From a virus, in the IMG/VR virus record IMGVR_UViG_3300045391_002362: a stretch of 37,570 nt of DNA; one strand, 5' to 3'. The notes under the pieces are model-generated. The model saw only the letters and a list, made by a program, of their open reading frames with translations, searched no databases and was not told where the DNA came from. Made by a program: the position numbers and the translations under genes. This document shows positions 1 through 5,958 of the stretch, piece by piece (position 1 is the stretch's first letter; each line of letters begins with the position of its first letter).

Positions 1-69
1 AACATCTGCTTTTTTTGCTTTTATAAGTGAAGCCCAACTGGATTTTATATAGGCGTGATAGACAGCGCG
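1..69. repeat. Terminal direct repeat or assembly overlap, identical to 37502..37570
   Basis: Read directly: aacatctgctttttttgcttttataagtgaagcccaactggattttatataggcgtgatagacagcgcg occurs at both window ends. Confidence 0.95.
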
Positions 70-474
70 ATGTGACCATGATTGGTAATGCTTGTCCTTC
101 TCGTATCGAGCGTTCTTCACAGCTTCTTCAAAAGCGCTTAATAGTGATGGCAATCCCAATTCTTCAGCTGAAGGTTTGCACCATGATATGAACTCCCCAA
201 CACTTGGCATAAATCGGTTAGTTGATTGCCTGCATTTTCTCAATCCCCTCTCTAGTTGCTCCATGGTTGAGATATTCTGCTCGATAAATGCTTTAGTCCA
301 TTCGTTTTTAATAATCTGCAATCGTGGTCCTACGTCCATTGATGGAAAAATGCCGCTTAGAGACGAGAACAGGTTATTGATGAACATTTCCTCCTGTCTG
401 ATGTTTTCGTTGCTCTGTGGGCTTGTATTGGATTTTAAATGCATGTTTTCCATTAGTTTCTTCATCTCAATCAT
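1..474 (-). CDS. Lambda P-like replicative helicase loader, N-terminal 158 codons. The gene wraps and continues 37501->37328.
   Basis: Hand translation of the minus strand from ATG 474..472 shows no stop to the window edge: MIEMKKLMENMHLKSN...LSGIFPSMDVGPRLQIIKNEWTKAFIEQNISTMEQLERGLRKCRQSTNRFMPSVGEFISWCKP... This matches the lambda P family core as I recall it (ITTMEQ, F-x-PS-x-G-x-F-x-x-WC). It has a TAATG overlap with the initiator stop and GGAG 8 nt upstream. It is absent from the ORF track because it runs off the window. Confidence 0.75.
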   Translation of the reverse strand, partial: MIEMKKLMENMHLKSNTSPQSNENIRQEEMFINNLFSSLSGIFPSMDVGPRLQIIKNEWTKAFIEQNISTMEQLERGLRKCRQSTNRFMPSVGEFISWCKPSAEELGLPSLLSAFEEAVKNARYEKDKHYQSWSHRAVYHAYIKSSWASLIKAKKADV

Positions 475-1325
475 TATTTTCTCCAGTTTAGTGCGTTAGT
501 GTGGTCTGTTTTAGTGAATTGTTGGTGTTTGTTAAAGCTGATTGAACGCCAGTTGTTAGTGACCATTTGCGAGAATTGTTCGATAGGGTCTAAACCTGCG
601 TCTCTAAATTTCATTAACTCTCTGTTGATTTGTACCCATGCGGTTTCTGTTAAGGGATATTTACGTCTGTTCTCCACAAAATCTCTTAGCATGTACTCAG
701 GAATGCTCAACGGGTTGCATGCGATTAAATCGTCTAGCGTTAAAGCTACTGATTTGCTTTTAGCTGTCTTCTCCCTTCCCGCCCCTTGGGGCAACGAGCG
801 TGAGCGAGTGGGGGCTAGCTCTTTGGATAAATCAGGTTCTGGGGTTATGGGGGATATAGGGGGAATAATATTACTAATTTTATGTTTACTAATTGTGTGT
901 TTACATGGGTGTCCCTGAGAGACACCCCCCCCCTGTCTCTGAGAGACACCCCCCCCCTGTCTCTGAGAGACACCCCCTGTATAATTATTGACTTCTTCTT
1001 GATTAAGTATTGTTGCTTTAACGGTGCTCCATGTGTGCATATATTGCTTTCTTCCTTTAATATTTACTTCTTTGTATTCTCGTATGATGTAACCTTTTTC
1101 TTGTAATTTTTGACTTATTTTTATTAAGTTTCTTTCGTTTACCTCAAGTATTTTGGCAAGCTTTGCATTTGTAAAAAAAACATTTCCCGTTGAATATTCC
1201 ATTTGAGCGATTAACCCATAAAGTTTAAGCTCGTTGACTGAAATTGATGGGTGAAAAAGAATCCTAAAGGGGGTTATTGCGCAATAACTGGTTTCTCGAT
1301 AATCTTGTGCGGTATCTAAACTCAT
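474..1325 (-). CDS. Replication initiator, lambda O-like (N-terminal winged HTH, G/S/Q repeat linker, C-terminal DnaD/DnaT-like domain)
   Basis: 283 aa ORF with AAGGAG RBS. The N-terminus is an HTH (NAKLAKILEVNERNLIKISQKLQEKGYI). The linker is GGVSQRQ x3, encoded by the iterons. The gene lies immediately upstream of the P-like and DnaB genes. Confidence 0.65.
   Translation of the reverse strand: MSLDTAQDYRETSYCAITPFRILFHPSISVNELKLYGLIAQMEYSTGNVFFTNAKLAKILEVNERNLIKISQKLQEKGYIIREYKEVNIKGRKQYMHTWSTVKATILNQEEVNNYTGGVSQRQGGGVSQRQGGGVSQGHPCKHTISKHKISNIIPPISPITPEPDLSKELAPTRSRSLPQGAGREKTAKSKSVALTLDDLIACNPLSIPEYMLRDFVENRRKYPLTETAWVQINRELMKFRDAGLDPIEQFSQMVTNNWRSISFNKHQQFTKTDHTNALNWRK
910..980. repeat. 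Origin-type iteron array: three 15-bp palindromes (TGTCTCT-G-AGAGACA) at 24-bp period, separated by C9, C9 and C5 tracts
   Basis: Read directly. Palindromes lie at 910..924 (one mismatch), 934..948 and 958..972. C9 tracts lie at 925..933 and 949..957, and C5 at 973..977. An AT-rich stretch follows to about 1140. Confidence 0.6.
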
Positions 1326-1363
1326 TTAAATCTCCTTTTTCCCTGTACCAAATTAATGCTATG

Positions 1364-1372
1364 TGATATAAT
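1364..1372 (+). promoter_or_regulatory. Extended -10 promoter (TGaTATAAT) facing against the replication operon
   Basis: tgTGATATAAT read at 1362..1372. The same TGTGATA core appears in the putative late promoter at 3754..3764. Confidence 0.4.
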
Positions 1373-1378
1373 TTGAGC

Positions 1379-1440
1379 ATATAGGGAATTTGTTTTGTTT
1401 TTAAGTTTAAATTAAGGGCTGCGTCTAACAGCCCTTTTCT
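1379..1440 (+). ncRNA. Candidate oop-like small antisense RNA (about 60 nt)
   Basis: The extended -10 at 1364..1372 is followed about 45 nt later by the intrinsic terminator at 1414..1440. There is no plus-strand ORF here. The position between the gene upstream of the initiator and the initiator mirrors lambda oop. Confidence 0.35.
1414..1440 (+). terminator. Plus-oriented intrinsic terminator
   Basis: AAGGGCTG-cgtctaa-CAGCCCTT followed by TTCT. The minus orientation lacks a U tract. Confidence 0.55.
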
Positions 1441-1718
1441 CAATTCCTAAATAGTTTATCTTTGGTTTTTTCTGTGATTTCGTAGGTTATTCTGTGATCA
1501 AAATTATTTAATTTTCTTTTTTCACCTGAAACTAATTGTTCTTTTATTGCTCTATTTAATGTGCTTCTTAATTGCTGGTAACTATAAAAAGGCAGCTTAT
1601 CCATTAAATCACTTAATAGAGCGCCTTTCTCATATGTAGCCAACCTATATATGACTATGCCTACATCGATGCCGTATTGCACGGCTAAATCAATATCAAA
1701 TTTATCTGTTTTCATCAT
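1440..1718 (-). CDS. Hypothetical protein, possible winged-helix DNA binding
   Basis: 92 aa ORF in operon with the initiator, with a G-rich RBS. No family recognised. Confidence 0.5.
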   Translation of the reverse strand: MMKTDKFDIDLAVQYGIDVGIVIYRLATYEKGALLSDLMDKLPFYSYQQLRSTLNRAIKEQLVSGEKRKLNNFDHRITYEITEKTKDKLFRN

Positions 1719-1738
1719 TCCCCCCTTTTATTTTCCCC

Positions 1739-1758
1739 ATTAGACAATTTTGTCTAAT
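1739..1758. promoter_or_regulatory. Perfect 20-bp palindrome ATTAGACAATTTTGTCTAAT (candidate operator or intercistronic hairpin)
   Basis: Read directly between two minus-strand wHTH genes. Confidence 0.4.
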
Positions 1759-1781
1759 CAGTGTTTGTGCGGTTTTTAGAT

Positions 1782-2027
1782 TTATTCTTTTACGCGCAAG
1801 TAGTAACCATTTCGCTCTAAATAGTTTTTTTGAATTAGATTCGAAACGCATCGTCTAACCGAACGTTTATCAATACCTAATTTATCAGCAACACTTTGCC
1901 TTAGAGGACTAGTATAACCTCCATTAATGCATAAGTCAGCTATAATCATGTAAATTCGTCTATCGGTATCGGTCAATGAATTGTCGTTGAAAACATGCTC
2001 GGGTAGTTTGTAAAATTTAGTAGTCAT
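1782..2027 (-). CDS. Winged-helix (MarR/DnaD-N-like) DNA-binding protein
   Basis: 81 aa with AGGAG RBS. The motif QSVADKLGIDKRSVRRCVSNLIQKNYLER is typical of HTH plus wing. Confidence 0.55.
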   Translation of the reverse strand: MTTKFYKLPEHVFNDNSLTDTDRRIYMIIADLCINGGYTSPLRQSVADKLGIDKRSVRRCVSNLIQKNYLERNGYYLRVKE

Positions 2028-2067
2028 GTTAGTCTCCTATGTGATGGTCGGGGTATTGCAATAAGGG

Positions 2068-2094
2068 GGGAGCTGAAAGGCTCCCTTTTTGTTT
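2068..2094 (+). terminator. Plus-oriented intrinsic terminator with GAAA tetraloop
   Basis: GGGAGCT-GAAA-GGCTCCC followed by TTTTTGTTT. In the minus orientation no U tract follows. Confidence 0.55.
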
Positions 2095-2178
2095 ACGCTT
2101 ATAGCTGATTATGCTAGTCTGATGACGCAATCAATTACTCAGTTGATTGAGCCGTGGGACCAAAGTGTAAGTCTGTGT

Positions 2179-2215
2179 AAAAAAAATAGGGGGGCGCTCC
2201 ACTGCCCCCTTTTTT
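2179..2215. terminator. Bidirectional intrinsic terminator directly after the cro-like gene (tR1-like)
   Basis: A8-TA-GGGGGC-gctccact-GCCCCC-T6. On the minus strand the stem is followed by TATTTTTTTT. The cro-like stop codon lies in the T run. Confidence 0.6.
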
Positions 2216-2417
2216 AGTGCTTGCTGTATTTGCTGTTAAATTCGTCCTCTGCGTCTGCAATAAACAGCCCGTTTGTGCGTTTTTCAATGACAAGTTGCGT
2301 AATCCAAGGTATTTCATTTTGTCTTTTCCAGCGATGAACGTTTGCTATAGAAATACCAACTGCTTTTGATACGCGATTTAGATTGCCATAATGTGTAATT
2401 AGTTCCTGCAGTGTCAT
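2214..2417 (-). CDS. Cro/YdaS-like HTH regulator (paralogue 1)
   Basis: 67 aa. VSKAVGISIANVHRWKRQNEIPWITQLVIEKRTNGLFIA fits the Cro/YdaS pattern (HTH, W, IP, T-x-G). It has an AGGAG RBS and is the first gene of the replication operon. Confidence 0.65.
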   Translation of the reverse strand: MTLQELITHYGNLNRVSKAVGISIANVHRWKRQNEIPWITQLVIEKRTNGLFIADAEDEFNSKYSKH

Positions 2418-2430
2418 TTTTTTCTCCTAA

Positions 2431-2459
2431 TTGTTATGATGCTATTTTATCATTAATAT
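2431..2459 (+). promoter_or_regulatory. Sigma70-type promoter TTGTTA-17-TAATAT for 2475..2717
   Basis: Hexamers and the 17-nt spacer were counted by hand. Confidence 0.5.
2444..2452 (-). promoter_or_regulatory. Extended -10 promoter (TGaTAAAAT, then AGC) for the cro-like/replication operon
   Basis: The reverse complement of 2444..2452 reads TGATAAAAT. It lies inside the spacer of the divergent plus promoter. It shares TGATAWAATAGCA with 35377..35399. Confidence 0.45.
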
Positions 2460-2474
2460 CGACAAAATAATTCA

Positions 2475-2717
2475 ATGAATCAATCAACAATAAATCTCAT
2501 CAATCGTTACTGCGAAAACTGCACTAATTTATTAATTCCAAGCGACAAAATGCGCGAAAGAATTGAAGAAATTATCCAAGAATTAGTTGATGAAAATAAC
2601 ATGGTTTTACTCGAAAAAATAATCAATAAAAGCGAATACATTTATTCAAAAAAAATCATCGATGGGATGCGATTTATTATTACATTAAAAGAAGAATTTA
2701 ATGCAGCTAACCGTTGA
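2475..2717 (+). CDS. Hypothetical protein, 80 aa, divergent from the cro-like gene
   Basis: ORF with its own promoter. No family recognised and no HTH obvious. Confidence 0.5.
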   Translation: MNQSTINLINRYCENCTNLLIPSDKMRERIEEIIQELVDENNMVLLEKIINKSEYIYSKKIIDGMRFIITLKEEFNAANR

Positions 2718-2729
2718 GTGATTAGCTGC
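2703..2729. terminator. Hairpin between convergent genes (GCAGCTAA-11 nt-TTAGCTGC)
   Basis: 8-bp perfect stem read directly, followed by gttgtatt. Confidence 0.4.
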
Positions 2730-2735
2730 GTTGTA

Positions 2736-2918
2736 TTACACTAGTTTGTAATCGCGTAACAGTGATTTAACTAATATGTCAACGTCATTTGATTCATACA
2801 TAGTTGTTCTAAATATTTTTATTATATTAACGTAGTGCATATTGCCATTGCTCACTACGTTAACATCGTATCCCGTTTTATCCGTAATTTGTCGCGCAAC
2901 GTGTGTTAATTGATTCAT
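2736..2918 (-). CDS. Hypothetical protein, 60 aa
   Basis: Last ORF of the 3651->2736 operon. Confidence 0.45.
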   Translation of the reverse strand: MNQLTHVARQITDKTGYDVNVVSNGNMHYVNIIKIFRTTMYESNDVDILVKSLLRDYKLV

Positions 2919-2928
2919 TTTTTATCTC

Positions 2929-3075
2929 TTAATAATCAGTTAAATAATTGTCGTCTCGCTCATAGCACGTATAATCATCATACGCGCAAGTTAATTCTTG
3001 GATGTACCGCTCTAACTCTTCGATAAACTCAATCATTTGTTCATTATTCATCGCAAAAACTTCAGTCGTTTTCAT
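2929..3075 (-). CDS. Hypothetical small acidic protein, 48 aa
   Basis: Hand translated: MKTTEVFAMNNEQMIEFIEELERYIQELTCAYDDYTCYERDDNYLTDY. It overlaps the upstream ORF. It is below the ORF-track cutoff. Confidence 0.4.
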   Translation of the reverse strand: MKTTEVFAMNNEQMIEFIEELERYIQELTCAYDDYTCYERDDNYLTDY

Positions 3076-3184
3076 TATTGTATTCCTGTGCGGCCTCGTT
3101 TAATTCTTGGTGATAATCGCAGTTGCAGTATCGGTGACCCTCGCAATCGTTCTCGTCACCGTGCACGTTGTCTATGTCAATCAT
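3062..3184 (-). CDS. Hypothetical small acidic Cys/His-rich protein, 40 aa
   Basis: Hand translated: MIDIDNVHGDENDCEGHRYCNCDYHQELNEAAQEYNNEND. It has an ATGA overlap with 3181..3651. Confidence 0.35.
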   Translation of the reverse strand: MIDIDNVHGDENDCEGHRYCNCDYHQELNEAAQEYNNEND

Positions 3185-3651
3185 CGAAGTCCCTCTTTTA
3201 ATAGTTGCTGTCTAAACGCATTGGTGGAATTAGCGCTAATATAACTAAGCTGCTCCTCAATTAGTGCTGTATCTGGCGCTTCGCGCAACTCATCGGCATA
3301 TTCGAAATCGTTAGGGATATAAAAACCCTGTGCGCTGTAATCGTCAGTAATTAAAGACGGCAGCTCTATATTGCATTTTTCGCACGATGTTTTAACGCAA
3401 TCACACTGCATTTCATCCGGCTCATTTAAAAAGCTTAAATGAGGTAAATCGGGATAAATGTAAGATTTTGAAAACTCCTTGCCGTCCGATGTGATTTCTA
3501 AGATAGTGATTACATTTTTAAAATCAGTGCCGTATTGCGCATAAAACCGACTAAGTGCTTGGTCTTTTTCAAATCCGCTTGCGCCTACCTCGTTTCCCTC
3601 ATCGTTTAATCCCGTGACTAAAAACATTGTATTGACTGTGTAAGTTGCCAT
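3181..3651 (-). CDS. Hypothetical acidic protein, 156 aa, first gene of an early operon
   Basis: Hand count gives about 27 D/E versus 11 K/R. It has a GAGGA RBS and a consensus-like promoter upstream. Confidence 0.6.
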   Translation of the reverse strand: MATYTVNTMFLVTGLNDEGNEVGASGFEKDQALSRFYAQYGTDFKNVITILEITSDGKEFSKSYIYPDLPHLSFLNEPDEMQCDCVKTSCEKCNIELPSLITDDYSAQGFYIPNDFEYADELREAPDTALIEEQLSYISANSTNAFRQQLLKEGLR

Positions 3652-3683
3652 GTTGTTTCCTCTGTGTTGTTGTTGATGTGGGT

Positions 3684-3712
3684 ATATTATCCCATCGATA
3701 TTATCGGGTCAA
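3684..3712 (-). promoter_or_regulatory. Sigma70-type promoter TTGACC-17-TAATAT for the 3651->2736 operon
   Basis: The reverse complement was read by hand and the spacer counted as 17 nt. Confidence 0.55.
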
Positions 3713-3755
3713 TAGTATTTACAAAAATAATTTAATCTTTTTTAAAAACGGCTTG

Positions 3756-3764
3756 TGATACTAT
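3756..3764 (+). promoter_or_regulatory. Extended -10-like element (TGaTACTAT) upstream of the structural operon
   Basis: cttGTGATACTAT was read directly. It is similar to 1362..1372. Confidence 0.35.
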
Positions 3765-3786
3765 TAGATGATTTGACGGGGGTGTT

Positions 3787-4017
3787 ATGTTATGCATTAA
3801 ATGCGGTGGCACAAAAAAACGCAGAACCATAGGTTTTGTAATGGTGAATTGTAATTGTGATCAAAATTTAGTAAAATCAACTGATAAAAAAGTATTAAAA
3901 ATAGACAAAAAAGCCGAATCCTACAAAACGGCAATTAAAGAAATTATGGCGCTTGATTCAAATATTACACAGAAACAAGCGGAAAAGATGTTTAAAGAAT
4001 CCTACCAAAAGGTCTGA
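3787..4017 (+). CDS. Hypothetical protein with N-terminal zinc-ribbon (CxxC...CNC)
   Basis: 76 aa, first ORF of the plus operon. Confidence 0.5.
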   Translation: MLCIKCGGTKKRRTIGFVMVNCNCDQNLVKSTDKKVLKIDKKAESYKTAIKEIMALDSNITQKQAEKMFKESYQKV

Positions 4018-4019
4018 TT

Positions 4020-4505
4020 ATGGCCGAAAAAAAAGAATCTACAAAGATTAAAAAGAATGGAAGGCCAACGCTTTATACGCCGGAATTAGCTGCTGAAATA
4101 TGCGAAGTAATAGCGTCTAATAAGGGGGGGTTGAGTCAGCTTTGCGCAGAAAGACCTCATTGGCCTGTTCCGTCAAATATATTTATCTGGCTCAGACGTT
4201 ATAAAGAGTTTCGGGAGTCCTACGCCACCGCTAAATCAGAGCAAGTTGAAGTAAGTATTGACTACATGCAAGAAATGATGACAGAACCCCATCACTATAC
4301 AGATGAAAACGGCAATAAACGGGTTGATGTTGGTATGATGCGCGTTAAAGTCGATGCTATAAAGTGGAAAGCTGGAAAACTGCAGGCTAAAAAATATGGC
4401 GTTAATCAGAGCGATGAAGCGTTAATTCATCATAATCAAGCGCTACTCGATGAACTCTTGAAGTTACGCGCAGAATTAGATGATAAAAATAAGAAAGACT
4501 ATTGA
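4020..4505 (+). CDS. terS: Putative small terminase subunit (N-terminal HTH)
   Basis: GRPTLYTPELAAEICEVIAS...IFIWLRRYKEFRESYATAK...KWKAGKLQAKKYG matches the widespread GRPxxYxPE...W...F...Y small-terminase pattern as I recall it. Confidence 0.55.
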   Translation: MAEKKESTKIKKNGRPTLYTPELAAEICEVIASNKGGLSQLCAERPHWPVPSNIFIWLRRYKEFRESYATAKSEQVEVSIDYMQEMMTEPHHYTDENGNKRVDVGMMRVKVDAIKWKAGKLQAKKYGVNQSDEALIHHNQALLDELLKLRAELDDKNKKDY

Positions 4506-4666
4506 TGAAGCAATATGTTGATGTAGACCTAAAATCAATAATGAATGATGAGAATGACGGCAGCCTTTTTAGTACGAGAGGACTTGCGTTTTATCTCGAT
4601 AAATTAATTGAGCAAAACAGCGTGATTATTGAGCTACTCATAGAATTAGTTAAGAGCAATAAATGA
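4505..4666 (+). CDS. Hypothetical protein, 53 aa
   Basis: Hand translated: MKQYVDVDLKSIMNDENDGSLFSTRGLAFYLDKLIEQNSVIIELLIELVKSNK. It overlaps its neighbours at both ends (TGATG upstream, ATGA downstream). Confidence 0.4.
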   Translation: MKQYVDVDLKSIMNDENDGSLFSTRGLAFYLDKLIEQNSVIIELLIELVKSNK

Positions 4667-4875
4667 ATAAAATAGGCACGACAATCAGCTACATTATTGA
4701 AGACAATCTCGTAACTGTTTACGCGCAGGATAATGCTACTAATATATTTGCAAAAGCGTCCGAATCAATTGATTTAAGCGCACATCCGATTGACAGAAAT
4801 AATAGTGTTGAATTAGTCGAAAAAAAAGCGCTTGAATTGTTGCGTCAGAAAATGAGTATTTCGCATGCACAGTAA
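4663..4875 (+). CDS. Hypothetical protein, 70 aa
   Basis: ORF track entry, tightly coupled to its neighbours. Confidence 0.45.
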   Translation: MNKIGTTISYIIEDNLVTVYAQDNATNIFAKASESIDLSAHPIDRNNSVELVEKKALELLRQKMSISHAQ

Positions 4876-5074
4876 TCAATTTAAAAAATACGAGCTAGTT
4901 ATTCTAAAATGTCTAACTCTACAGCATGTCAATCAATTCAGACAGAATAGTGACTGTATAGAGTTAATGCATAAAATACAATCGATGATTGATAACTATT
5001 GCGAGCATGACTGGAATGAAATAGGTAGTGAGCGGGAATATTTTAGATGTTCTAAATGCGGTGAGGAATCATGA
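4865..5074 (+). CDS. Hypothetical protein, 69 aa, C-terminal CxxC
   Basis: ORF track entry. Confidence 0.45.
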   Translation: MHSNQFKKYELVILKCLTLQHVNQFRQNSDCIELMHKIQSMIDNYCEHDWNEIGSEREYFRCSKCGEES

Positions 5075-5349
5075 ATTCAATACAGAAAGAAAAGTTGCCG
5101 ATAGAGATTCATTTCCCATTAAACGATTTAGATATTATGAAAATTTTGAAGGGCGTTGAGTATACTCAAAAAGTTTACTTGAATCACAAGCAAATGGTGC
5201 ACATCAAAGTTTTTTCTTCGGACAGAGTAAAACCTATTTCTTGGGAAAATTGGCGTCGCCTTTTTGCTGTCTGTGATTCACATCCAGAGCTACAAAAAGT
5301 ACTGCGATTTATTGAGGCTGAAAATGAGCACGGGATTAACCCATTATGA
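5071..5349 (+). CDS. Hypothetical protein, 92 aa
   Basis: ORF track entry with ATGA overlap. Confidence 0.5.
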   Translation: MNSIQKEKLPIEIHFPLNDLDIMKILKGVEYTQKVYLNHKQMVHIKVFSSDRVKPISWENWRRLFAVCDSHPELQKVLRFIEAENEHGINPL

Positions 5350-5441
5350 GTCCAATACAAAAATTACTGGTGGGAATTATCGTATCTCAAGGGGTGATTA
5401 TTATCTCGTTGGCGCTCATCGGCTTTAAATTGGTTAGGTAA
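5346..5441 (+). CDS. Small single-pass membrane peptide, 31 aa
   Basis: Hand translated: MSPIQKLLVGIIVSQGVIIISLALIGFKLVR. It has an ATGA overlap. Confidence 0.35.
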   Translation: MSPIQKLLVGIIVSQGVIIISLALIGFKLVR

Positions 5442-5443
5442 TT

Positions 5444-5758
5444 ATGAATAATCCATGGGAATGCCCGCGCTGCAATCGAATTAATGCGCCGTTTAATATG
5501 TTCTGCGATTGTACTGATAATGAAGAGTTAACCCCAGCGCCTCCAGATAAAAGTAATCCATTATACAAAATGATAAATGAGACTGATTTTGAAAAAATAG
5601 GCAGGGAATCAGGAAGATTTATAACTAAAGAGTCTAGTAGAAACTGGGATACACATAATCTACCCAAAGAAATCACTTTTGAGTTGTCATCAAAATATCC
5701 GCGATGCACCGATTGCAATGGCCTTCATGGTTTTGGCGTTAGGTGCGTAATGTTATGA
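5444..5758 (+). CDS. Hypothetical Cys-rich (zinc-ribbon) protein, 104 aa
   Basis: CPRCNRINAPFNMFCDC near the N-terminus and CTDCNG near the C-terminus. Confidence 0.5.
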   Translation: MNNPWECPRCNRINAPFNMFCDCTDNEELTPAPPDKSNPLYKMINETDFEKIGRESGRFITKESSRNWDTHNLPKEITFELSSKYPRCTDCNGLHGFGVRCVML

Positions 5759-5958
5759 ATAGAGATGACGTAAGGATAGGCCAAAAGGTTTTTATTTCGA
5801 ATCAAGGTGCTGAGGGGTATGTCTCTTGTATCATGGTTCCTTTTGATTCCTTTTGTCTTGTTGAGTACGGATTACCTTACACTGTGAATATTATTTTGGA
5901 TAATAACGAACAAACTATGGTCTCTACCGATGAAATAGAGTTAGTGAATGGCGTATGA
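5755..5958 (+). CDS. Hypothetical protein, 67 aa
   Basis: In-frame ATG at 5755 gives an ATGA overlap with the upstream stop. The track start at 5743 is also possible. Confidence 0.45.
   Translation: MNRDDVRIGQKVFISNQGAEGYVSCIMVPFDSFCLVEYGLPYTVNIILDNNEQTMVSTDEIELVNGV

Noticed and set aside
1-69. True T7-like direct terminal repeats
   Set aside because: The P22-like terminase, portal and coat set suggests headful packaging. The repeat also falls in the middle of a coding sequence. It cannot be excluded without read-terminus data.
910-980. Possible mini-CRISPR array
   Set aside because: The period is only 24 bp. The 'spacers' are identical poly-C tracts. The array is in-frame coding sequence. 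No cas genes are present. It fits origin iterons better.
92-1106. Plus-strand ORFs 92..499, 499..918 and 882..1106 from the track
   Set aside because: They lie antisense to well-supported minus-strand genes (P-like loader and O-like initiator). Their low-complexity sequence arises from the repeats, and they have no RBS.
1941-1946. Perfect TATAAT on the plus strand inside 1782..2027, as promoter of an antisense RNA ending at the 2068..2094 terminator
   Set aside because: There is no TG extension and no -35 (cctcca). A lone TATAAT is expected by chance in AT-rich DNA. I keep it only as a possibility that would explain the plus-oriented terminator.
2135-2317. Minus-strand ORF 2135..2317 (60 aa)
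   Set aside because: It overlaps the cro-like gene in another frame and runs through two terminator hairpins. Its composition (poly-G/poly-T derived) looks like translated non-coding sequence.
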